From: an uncultured delta proteobacterium | Lineage (GTDB): Bacteria; Myxococcota; Myxococcia; Myxococcales; Anaeromyxobacteraceae | Assembly: GCA_963766715.1 (NCBI GenBank) | Contig: CAVYBH010000010.1 | Location: 1 to 64,000 of the forward strand | DNA length: 64,000 bases | Direction of reading: 5' to 3' | In this document: one piece after another, positions 1 to 9,212 of the stretch | Layout of the letters: the number at the start of each line of letters is the position of its first letter | Numbering within the stretch: position 1 is the first letter of the stretch | The notes under the pieces: model-generated | What the model saw: the letters and a program-made list of their open reading frames with translations, nothing else | What the model was told of the DNA's origin: nothing | Database searches by the model: none | Program-made: the position numbers and the translations under genes

Positions 1-231
1 TGGCTTGACTGGGTGGACGGACAGCGTAGTCGATTGGGAGGAGTTGTTGGCGAAGATTTACGGCGAGTGTTCCGATAGTTAGGCTCCAGAACAACCCCCA
101 AGAATCTTCATGCCCGGGGGTGGGGTGGGGGTCGAGTCTGAAGGGGCTGGGGGGTCGCCGGCTCGGGGACCAGTCCGGGAACCCGATGTCAGCCGCCAAC
201 GTCTACTTTGAAAGAAAAGGAGGACCCCCAG

Positions 232-378
232 ATGCTTGAGACCTTGCTTCCAATCTGGGGAATCGGCGCGCTCATCGTCATGTGGCAGCGCCGGGAGGCC
301 CGTCGCCTAGGGATTCCATGGAACGTATTCATCAAGATGACGCCGCAGGAAAAGAGAAGGGCTGGAGCAAAAATCTAG
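232..378 (+). CDS. Small 48-aa protein with hydrophobic N-terminus
   Basis: AAGGAGG RBS upstream; reads MLETLLPIWGIGALIVMWQRREARRLGIPWNVFIKMTPQEKRRAGAKI*. Confidence 0.55.
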   Translation: MLETLLPIWGIGALIVMWQRREARRLGIPWNVFIKMTPQEKRRAGAKI

Positions 379-1213
379 CGGGCCCGTCTTAGCGTGACAG
401 CACGTTGATGAGAGACCTGACAGTCGGGCATCTCGACCAGGTAGCCATCGCCACGCAAAGTGGGACCAAAACCGAGGCGTCCGACGGCCGAATCGGGATC
501 GGCCTGTAAGACGACTTTGGATTGACCAAGGAAGTTGGACCGGCACTCCACGATGCCGCTCGTTCGCCGCTTCCAAAGGTCGCCGAACTCCCGAGCGCCT
601 CCCGGTGACAAACTCCGACACCTGCCAGAGTCGGCTCGCATCGGTCCATCGGTAACCAACATGGCCTAGCTGCTCTACCACCATGCCTCTTCGCTCCGGG
701 GCGGGGACTCCGCCAGAGGGAAATATCTTCGACGTGCTCACTTGCAATCCCAACTGATGCTCCAGGGCGATGTGGGCTACAAGACTCTGTATCTGGTGGG
801 GGCTTGCGTAGTCGTGCGCGGTGGGCAGGGATCGGCTGGTTCCAGGCAGTGTTCGCTCCCGGTCTCGTCGGGACCAGTGACCTCAATCCACAAGTGCGAG
901 AAGCGGAGGGGCTTGACCGGCAGGACTAAATCCAGCCGGCCTTCGGCGCAATCCTGAACCATGAGCAGCAAGACCGGCACTGCCGTCCGTGCGCCGTTTG
1001 ACGTGGTAGCCGGCCGGGAGGTTGGCCTGCGCGGCCCTTGCATCGACAGGGAACTCCACAAACAGCTCCCTGCAATCCCGCATTTCCATCTTGTCGTTGC
1101 AACCTCCATGGCCAGACCGTCGCGATAAGAACGCCCCGCGTGGCACTTTGCCTCCTCGCGTGCCCACCAGGAGACCCGAAGAATGCGCGTACGGTCTCGA
1201 CTCCAGTCCGCAT
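375..1213 (-). CDS. Hypothetical protein (several frameshifts)
   Basis: GGGAGA RBS before ATG 1213; protein-like segments chain across frames (ELFVEFPVDARAAQANLPAGY / LLLMVQDC..FSHLWIEVTGP / GIVECRSNFLGQSKVVLQADPDS). Confidence 0.45.
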
Positions 1214-1297
1214 GGTTGTTCTCCCACCTCGCGTGTCGAAGGAGACTAACAAACGCGGACGCCAGCAGACTCGTGGTGGCGACGGTCTCCCCGGTCC

Positions 1298-1761
1298 TCA
1301 CTCCCACTTGTCCTTCGCCTTCGCGGCTTCCTTGGTCTGCCACTGCATGTTGGACGGAGAGTCCGCCCCACCGTGCTTCAAGGCCTGCTTGTGGTCCACG
1401 ACGTAGCCAGGGCACGCACCGAGTTCTTGCCGGTCGACGGGCATGGATGGGACTTCATGAACGCCTCCCGCTGCTTCGGGTCGCGCTTGGTGCTGCTGTG
1501 CTTCGTCCATGGCTACTGCTGGACGTGGACGACTTGGTGCTGCTGTGGCTGGACTTGCTCGGGCTCGACGTGTGCGAATGCGAACTCGACGTCGTGTGCG
1601 ACTTCGAGGTGTGACTTCCTCCGGTGTGGCTCGACGAGTGGCTCGATCCGGAGTGGGAGCTCGACGTGGGGGAAGACGAATGTCCCCCACTTTGGTGTCT
1701 TCGCATCGATCTGTGCCGGGGCCAACAGGATGGCGGCGAGCACCAACGACAGGATTCGCAA
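1298..1761 (-). CDS. HNH endonuclease-like protein with signal peptide and Ser/His-rich linker (frameshifted)
   Basis: N-term MRILSLVLAAILLAPAQIDA; S/H/T-rich run; C-term FMKSHPCPSTG..CPGYVVDHKQALKHGGADSPSNMQWQTKEAAKAKDKWE. Confidence 0.75.
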
Positions 1762-2088
1762 GGTCCCCCTCCCCGAGGAGGCAGCCTAGCACCCAGGCAG
1801 ACATGGACTCCGAACCTTGAGCCCCGTGCCCCGCTTGGGCCCCAGGAAGTCGGCGGTGCTGGCCAGGTGCCGGAAAGTCTCGACGTCGAGAATTTCGCTC
1901 CCGAAAGAGGCCGGTCCCCGTGGAGCCGAAGACTTGTCCACTCGACGTGGCTCCAAATCTCCCCCCGAAAAATCGAGGCGCCCCTCTCCAGGACCGATTC
2001 AAGAAGGCCGGGTGGGGGTCCTGCGGGGGATCTGCAGGGCAGCCGGGGAGTGGTAGGCCAGTTTCTTCTCTGGAGCCTCAGATGGAAA

Positions 2089-2169
2089 TCTGGAGGGGCT
2101 GACGAGGTCCCTCGTGTGAGGCCCGAAACGCGCTTCTCACTGAGAGGGGGCCGGTAGGGTCCCTTCGGA
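2089..2169 (+). ncRNA. Hammerhead-ribozyme-like core (non-canonical or degenerate)
   Basis: CTGACGA 2099-2105, hairpin 2106-2124, GAAA 2125-2128; 2089-2098 can pair with 2160-2169; cleavage triplet not in canonical register. Confidence 0.3.
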
Positions 2170-3040
2170 GGCCATAGCCCTATCGCGGGGCGAGGTTGCG
2201 GCTGATGACACGCAGTTCGACATGGACGAGCGAACCTGGGCAGACTTCCTGGGATCGCGCTCCCCGACCTGCTTGAGAACCGATTCGGACCCCATCCAGT
2301 TCCCGATGATGCGCCCTCGTATCGATCGAGAGCGAGTCTCGGTCGCCGGCATGCAACTCCATCGAGAGCGGGGTCTTAACTGACCAGCTCTTGACGCGGG
2401 AAGATTGCCCGACACTCAGGCCGCGACATGTGGCCAGGTCGATGACGTCGGTAGGCGACGACCGGACGTAATGGAAAGCCTCCGGCTCGCCGATGGCAGC
2501 GGCCAGACGCCGTTGGCGCCTCGAGGAACCAGGACGCCGGTGACGTCGACTCCTACGGCCATCTCCATGACCTTCTTCATGGGCGCGAGGAGCTGTCACT
2601 TCTTCCCAGGGCACGGAGGATGTGACCCTTCACAAGTTTCGGCCATGATCTGACGGCGGCTCGGGCGTTCTTACGGGTCGAGAAATTTCTTTCGTTGGTC
2701 TCGTCTTCGACGCTTCGAAGCACCTCGCGCCTTCTGTCGCCTGGATATCGACTTCTTCAATTCGGACGAACGACGCCACCGAAGAAGCGCGATGCTACTT
2801 GGCGAGTCTCGCCCTCGGCGTCGGTTCGGCTGAAAGGTGTCGAGCCAGGCATCCACCTGCACGATGATGGTCTTCGACGGATTCGCCAGGGTAGGACGAC
2901 GCGCTCTGCGCTGACGCCGTGCGAACCGAGTTCAACGGACCTCGTGTCCTTGCCTTCGGCGGATGTCGGGCCTCGGCTCAACGCGCCGTTGTTGCGGCTT
3001 GCCGCGGTCTGGCCGTTCGATCGCTCTGATAGTCGCCCAT
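2137..3040 (-). CDS. Hypothetical protein with S(R/T)GPxxxEGK..N..HG motif (TerS-like motif family), heavily frameshifted; C-terminal extent uncertain
   Basis: Reconstructed ASRNNGALSRGPTSAEGK..HGVSAERVVLP-GESVED..WLDTFQP..SIALLRWRR. Confidence 0.5.
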
Positions 3041-3269
3041 CCGTCCACGTCGCCAGCGTCGCCCTTTGCCTCCCTTATTGGGAAGGAATTCCTGCGGGCT
3101 ATCCCACGGAAAGACGCTATTCCTCATTTGGACACTTATGACTATTTGCGGTTCTTCCTGACTATCTTCGCAGGACAGTTTCGAACTTAAAGAAGACAGT
3201 CCTTCCCACACATATTCGGACGCCGGTACCGTCGCCTCAATGCTGGCGATTCAGCATAAGGAGGCAAAT

Positions 3270-3482
3270 GTGGGTTCAATCAATCACAGAGAACTTCTTG
3301 TCCAACTGGTCCGCCGAGGCATCTCGCAAGGGCAGTTCGCGATGTCTCTCGGGAAGCGCCCATCGACATTCTCAGCCTGGATTCGTGGCGTGAATCCGGC
3401 ACCCGATGGCTTCCGGGAAACGCTGGAGGACGAGTTAGGACTCAGGCGGGGAGCTCTGCGCCATAAGGAGAGTGGCAATTAG
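3270..3482 (+). CDS. Xre/Cro-type helix-turn-helix protein
   Basis: AAGGAGG RBS before GTG 3270; GISQGQFAMSLGKRPSTFSAWIRG HTH pattern. Confidence 0.8.
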   Translation: MGSINHRELLVQLVRRGISQGQFAMSLGKRPSTFSAWIRGVNPAPDGFRETLEDELGLRRGALRHKESGN

Positions 3483-3554
3483 CAGGAGGCCCCCGACTGT
3501 TGGCGCAGTCGGGGCCCATGAACCAATTACCGTCCCTCACAGGAGCCAATTACC

Positions 3555-5471
3555 ATGTCTATTATAGCCGGAACATCCGACACCAATCTAACTCTTTCCT
3601 GGGCGCTCCACTATGCCTCTCGCGGTCTGGCCGTATTCCCTGTCCAATTCGTGCGCGACAACGGGGCTTGCTCATGTGGAGATCTGACCTGCGGGACCAT
3701 CGGCAAACATCCGATGACGCACGATGGATTTTATTCAGCGACAACCGACCCTGAGAGGTCCAGTACTTCTTCCTACGCGAGGTGAACGCCAACATCGCCA
3801 TTCGTACCGGGGCTGCATCCGGCATCGTCGTCGTCGATATAGACCCCCGGCATGGCGGGCAGGACTCATTCGATGAGTTTGTCGCCAAGCATGGACTCCC
3901 GCCGGCCACGCCCATGGTCAAGACCGGCAGCGGCGGACTCCACATCTACTTCCGACATCCCGGAGGCCATGTCGGGAATCGCCAGGACATGCTCCCTGGG
4001 ATCGATGTGCGCGGAGACGGTGGCTACGTCCTGGCGCCATGGTCGAACCATGTAGATGGCGACTACGACTTCGTGGCGGGCCACGGGTTCGCCGACTTGT
4101 CGTTCGCTGACATGCCTCCGGCCCTGCTCGACCTGGTCTTGGGCATCACCCCTTCATCCGCAGGGGCAAATGGCGAGGCCTCCATCTTGGATGGTCAGAG
4201 GAACACCACCCTGTTCGGCCTGGCGGCCAGCATGCGTTCCAAAGGCGCTGGCCGGGAAGCCATCACGGCGGCCCTCACCACCGAGAACCGGGTCCGATGC
4301 TCTCCACCCCTCCCTGATGGAGCTATCAACAAGATCGTCACCAGCGTCATGAAGTACCCCGCTGGATCCCTCCCGAAGGCCAGATTCGATTCCGCACTAC
4401 TAAGAGAGGAAGTAGTGCGGAAAACAATACTAGCCTTTGAAACGGCCAATGATCCCAAGCTGGCCGACGAGAAGGTCAAGTGGGTGGTGTCCGACCTGGT
4501 GGCCGAAGGTGGCATCACACTGATCACCGGCAAGCCGAAACTGAGCGGGAAATCCACCTTCGTGTCCCACATGGTGGCGCGAATCATGGATGGAAGAGAT
4601 TTCCTGGGAAGCACCACGAAGAAGTCTCCCGTCGTGATCTTGACCGAGGAAAGAACGACCTTCGTGGAACTCTTGCGGCGAGCTGGAACACACGGCAGAC
4701 CCGACCTGAAGTTCCTTCGATATGACCCCTCCCGCGAAGCCACCTTTGCCGAACAGATGGCTGCTGCCATGGAAGTCGCCAAGGAAACGGGAGCGAAGGT
4801 CCTCGTGGTGGACACACTCGCTCAATTCGCGAGTTGGCGTGGGGATGCCGAGAACGATACAGGCTCCGCCCTGGAAAGCCTCCGGCCGCTCCAGGACGCC
4901 GCCAAGGCCGGGCTGGCGGTCATCGTGGTGCATCACGAGAAGAAGTCTGGAGGCGGAGTAGGTGACTCCAGCCGCGGGAGCACAGCACTCGCAGGAGGGG
5001 TCGACGCCATCCTCTCCATCCATCGTCCGGAGGGACAAGGGTCTCCAATACGTACGGGTGATCAACACCGCGTCCCGGTATCCCTCGATCCCTTCCATCC
5101 TGTACGTGGAGCTCACGCCAAGTGGCTACGAGCGAAGAGACGGCATGGCGGTCATCAGCGCCGAAGCCGAGAAGGTGCTGCTCGATTCCGCGCCAACGGG
5201 TGAGACCAACGCCGCCCAGCTCAAGGACATCATCGCCGGCACCGACATCAAGGAGCCCACCGCCCGCAAGGTAGCGGGCGAGCTCATGAAGGACGGCAAG
5301 CTCAGGCGGAAGGGCGAGGGGGTGAAAGGCGACCCGCATGTCTTCTGGAAGCCCAGTCCGATTCCTTTCCGCACAACCCCCTCCCCTGGGAGTGCGGAAA
5401 CGAATCCAGGCTCTGGCACCCAACCGGGTGCATCCCCGGTGACCGTCTCGCCCCCGGCTGGTGTCCCATGA
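3555..5471 (+). CDS. Bifunctional DNA primase/polymerase + PriCT + AAA_25 (RepA-like) helicase; two frameshifts (~3770, ~5040)
   Basis: YASRGLAVFPV, CSCG..C..GKHP, NIAIRTG..IVVVDID, GGLHIYF, DVRGDGGYVLAP; PriCT GQRNTTLF..CSPPL; Walker A GKPKLSGKST, Walker B VLVVDT, VHHEKK..SRGSTAL. Confidence 0.9.
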
Positions 5472-5799
5472 CCTCCGCCGACAAGACGCCGAGGGTCTTC
5501 TTCTCCGCAAGAGCCAGGCTACGCTCACTCTCTCCTGCAACCGCCTGTCCGGACCGTCGGCAACAGCTGCGAGGGGTGGCAACTCGGTTCTCGACACGTG
5601 TGGCCGTGGTCCTGCGCCGGCTCCCGCAAGTTCGTCGACGTCATCGCCGGCTGCGACCTGCAAGTGCCCTAGCCGGCGTCGACTGGGCGCCAGGAGCCGC
5701 CCAGCCCGACGGCAAGTTCCGCCCATGGTCATCGTGATGATGGGATGGGCCGGAACACAGCGGTCGTCTTGCCAATCATCTACTCGCGGGGGTGCGGTC

Positions 5800-6034
5800 A
5801 TGAAGCCGCCCTTCTCCGTGGTAGGCGGAACTCCCCTCCCCCAACTCCACACAGTCGCGGATGTCGCCGGGCTACTCAGGACCTCGCCCAAGGCCATCTA
5901 CACGATGGTCGAACGCGGTCAGATCCCTGGCGTCATTCGGAGTCGGGCGACGCCTCCTGTTCCGTCGGGAGTCGCTGCTACAGTGGCTCTCGGAGAAGAG
6001 TGGAACGCCTTCGCCGGAAGGAGATCGGCGATGA
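5800..6034 (+). CDS. xis: Excisionase-like HTH (HTH_17), one frameshift
   Basis: HTVADVAGLLRTSPKAIYTMVERGQIPGVIR..GRRLLFRRESLLQWL; ATGA overlap with integrase start. Confidence 0.8.
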
Positions 6035-7256
6035 GCGTGAAGGTACGTCGGAGCAGAAACGGGAAACGATGGGAAGTGGACATCCTCGTCAGAACACCAG
6101 ACGGCAAGAGGATGCGGGAGCGCACCGACGCGCCCGTGTCGTCGAAGACCGCCGCCAGGCGGTGGGGCGAGCAGCGGGAACACGACCTCGCCATGCACGG
6201 CAGGGCGGAGAAGAAGGAGGTTCCGACGCTGGAGGCTTCCAGACGCGGTTCCTCGACTACTCGGAGGTGAACAACAAGCCCAGCACCGTCTACGCGAAGC
6301 GCGTGACTATGAAGCCCACCTCGTGCCGGCGTTCGGGCGCGATGCGGCTCGACACAATCGGGCCCGCCGACGTCGAGACCTACAAGGCCAGGAAGCTGAA
6401 GGACGGACAGTCAGCGAAGTCGGTGAACAACCACCTGGCCATCCTCCGGAAGATGCTCAACCTGGCCGTCGAGTGGGGTGAGCTGCCTCACGTCGCCGCG
6501 GGTGAAGCAGCTGCAGGGTCACCGCACGCCGACATCCAGTTCCTCTCGTTCGAGGAGACGGACCGCTTCCTCCAGGCCGCCGCGCCTGAGTGGAAGGCGT
6601 TCCTGGTGACGGCGCTCAAGACCGGCCTCCGCGTCGGGGAGCTCCTCGCGCTCAAGTGGGAGGACGTCGACCTCGTCGCCGGCCGGCTCGTGGTCCGCCG
6701 GACGCTCTGGCACGACCAGGAGGGGCCACCGAAGGGCGGGCCGGACGCGCGAGGTGCCTCTGTCCGACGAGGCCGTGGCGACCCTGAAGGCGCACCGGCA
6801 CCTGCGGGGCGACCTACGTCTTCTGCGAGCAGGACGGACGACGGCTCACCCACAGCCTGGTGAAGGACGTGGTGCCGTCGACGTGCAAGAAGGCCGGGCT
6901 CGCGAAGCGGCTCACGACCCACGGCCTCCGCCACACCTTCGCCTCCCACCTCGTCATGCGCGGCGTGTCCCTCAAGGCCGTCCAGGAGCTCCTCGGCCAC
7001 GAGACCATCGAGATGACGCTGCGGTACGCCCACCTCTCGCCGGACGTGAAGCGGGAGGCGGTGCAGGTTGCTGGACCTGGCGCCGGCCCCGGCAGAACAT
7101 CCCCGCCGTGGAGCAGGCGTGGAGCACGGGAGGGCGACAAAGAAAAACCCCCCGGCGGACCAGGGGGTTAGATGGAGCGGGAAAAGGGATTTGAACCCTC
7201 GACCCTCGCCTTGGCAAGGCGATGCTCTACCGCTGAGCTATTCCCGCAAAACCTAG
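6031..7256 (+). CDS. int: Tyrosine integrase (frameshifted; stop at 7171 or 7256 depending on one indel)
   Basis: [30 protein letters not shown] catalytic motifs; N-terminal arm-binding-like region. Confidence 0.9.
7143..7169 (-). terminator. Intrinsic terminator downstream of tRNA-Gly
   Basis: Minus strand AACCCCC-N-GGGGGTT hairpin followed by a T run. Confidence 0.7.
7173..7247 (-). tRNA. tRNA-Gly (GCC)
   Basis: GCGGGAATAGCTCAGCGGTAGAGCATCGCCTTGCCAAGGCGAGGGTCGAGGGTTCAAATCCCTTTTCCCGCTCCA; lies downstream of pgsA. Confidence 0.97.
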
Positions 7257-7268
7257 TAGAGGGGCGCG

Positions 7269-7298
7269 TTTATAGGGCGACCCCCTCGGGAGTGTCAA
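7269..7298 (-). promoter_or_regulatory. Sigma-70 promoter of the tRNA
   Basis: TTGACA-N18-TATAAA followed by GC-rich discriminator CGCGCCCC. Confidence 0.75.
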
Positions 7299-7940
7299 GG
7301 GCCTTGCCGCTCTCCGGCAGGGCCCGCCTCCCCTTCCCTCTGCCCTCCTCGGCTCGGGCTCGTACACGGCCCCGAAGAAGTCGCGGATGTACACCCAGGC
7401 CGACCAGAGCGAGAACGCCACCGACAGGTAGAGGAGCCACGTCCCCACCACGTTCGCGTCGACGTCCACCTCGAAGGCCAGGAAGTCCACCCGATACTTG
7501 TAGTGAAGGAGCAGGAACGAGATCGCCGCGATCTGGATGCTCGTCTTGTACTTCCCCTCCTGCCCGGCGCCGATGACGATCCCCTCGCTCATCGCCATGG
7601 TGCGGAGCCCGGTCACGGTGAACTCGCGGGCGATGATCAGGATCACCAGCCAGGCCGGCACCCGCCCCAGGTGCACGAGCATGATCAGCACCGACATCAC
7701 GATCAGCTTGTCGGCGAGCGGGTCGAGGAACTTGCCGACCACCGTGACCGATCCGGTGCGGCGCGCCACCCACCCGTCGAGGAAGTCGGTGGCCCCGGTC
7801 ACCGCGAAGAGGACCGCGGCGATGAAGCTGTTCACCCGCCCCTCGTAGTAGGTGAAGGCCAGGATCACCGGGATCATCGCGATGCGGATCGCGGTGATCG
7901 CGTTGGGCGCGTTCAGCAGGTCGCGGCGAAGGTTGCTCAA
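7270..7940 (-). CDS. pgsA: CDP-diacylglycerol--glycerol-3-phosphate phosphatidyltransferase (3' end uncertain)
   Basis: PNAIT..R, DFLDGWVARR..GKFLDPLADK motif. Confidence 0.93.
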
Positions 7941-7947
7941 CCGCCCC

Positions 7948-9212
7948 TCACTCCGCCGTCGATGCGTCGGGGTCCACGAACACGCGGCCGTCGCCCACCA
8001 GCTCCACCATCACCGGCGTCCCGGGGGACGGCGCGGCCTCCGGGGGCACGCCCCCGCCGGCGAGCAGCCCGATGCGAGGCGTCACCGCGCCGGTCCAGCC
8101 CACCAGCGCCGCGGGCGGCACGCGCAGCGGCTCGCTGCCGGAGATCTCGATGGCCACCGGCGCCGCCACCGTGCGGAGCAGCATGCGCCCGCGCCCGCGC
8201 AGGTGGACGAGGTCGAGGTCGCGCGAGTGGCGCGAGGGCACCCGCCCGTTCTCGAAGACCACCGCCTCCTCCAGCGCGAAGACCGAGTCCTCGCGGAAGT
8301 AGCCGGCGTCGCCCGCCAGGTCGACGACCGTGAACACCCAGCCGCCCGTGCGGAAGAAGAGCGCCCCGTCGCCGGCCACCCGGCTCATGCGCTCCCGGCC
8401 CGAGCCGAACGGCTTCTCGGTGAGCTTGCCGCGGAAGCGCTTCACCTCGGGGCGCGCCGTGACCGCGCCCGCGCACCGCGAAGAGCCCGTCGAGCCGGCA
8501 CACCAGCTCGCCGCGCACCGCCACGTGGAGGATGCCGCCCTCCACCGCGAAGACCTCCGGCGGCGGCCGCACCGTGCGCTGCGCCGCGAAGGCGCCCAGC
8601 CCCCCCGTGAAGACCGGCACGCGTCCCGGGATCGCCGGCGGCGGCTCGGGGGCGGCTCGGGCCTCCACCGCGACCACCGGAGGCTCCACCGCCGGCGGGG
8701 CCGGAGGCGGAGGCGCTTCACGCTCGGTGATCAGGGCGTCGCAGCGGGCCAGCATGGCGGCGCTCCCGGCCTGCTCGAACCAGGGACGGGCCTCGCGCGG
8801 ACCGCCCCGACTCGAGCAGCGCCAGCCCCAGGTAGCCCATGGCGCGCCGGTGCTCCGGGTCGAGGTCGAGCGCGATGGAGAACTGCTTCACCGCGTCGGG
8901 CAGGTTGCCGCCCTTCAGCCAGGCGAGCCCCAGGTTCACCCGGGAGGAGACCTCGGCCGGGTTGTCGTCGACGAGCCGGCCGTAGGCGGCGGCGGACTCC
9001 TCGAAGAGCCCGGCCCGGTAGCAGGCCTGCCCGAGCAGCCCGAGCGCGGTCCCGTCCTCGGGCAGGCGCGCGGCCGCGCGGCGCAGGGGCTCGCGCGCCC
9101 CCTCGGTGTCCCCGCCGGCGAGCCGCTCCGTCGCCACCGCGAGGTGGTGCTGGAACTCCTCGTCGATCGGCGCGATCTCCTCACCCGTCCCGGCGCTGCT
9201 GCCACTCGTCAC
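7948..9212 (-). CDS. TPR + AIM24-like domain protein (frameshifted)
   Basis: N-terminal TPR repeats, Pro-rich linker, AIM24-like C-term (REDSVFALEE, LVHLRGRG, VELVGDGRV). Confidence 0.7.

Larger units (their letters stand above)
1..7172. mobile_element. Integrated element (right part) at tRNA-Gly 3' end; primase-helicase/xis/int module, satellite-like; left end outside window
   Basis: HTH-primase/helicase-xis-integrase abutting the tRNA CCA end; visibly more A/T-rich than the host over ~1-5800; no duplicated tRNA 3' end seen within 1-7170. Confidence 0.85.

Noticed and set aside
1..82. 3' end of an upstream plus-strand gene
   Set aside because: Two frames are similarly plausible and too short to assign.
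1500..1700. Repeated CTCGACGTG/GAGTGG-like units as a possible CRISPR or iteron array
   Set aside because: Irregular spacing; explained by Ser/His/Thr codons of the HNH linker.
7227..7340. pgsA C-terminal extension overlapping the tRNA
   Set aside because: It runs through a clear tRNA promoter; a likely indel, with nearer stops in other frames.
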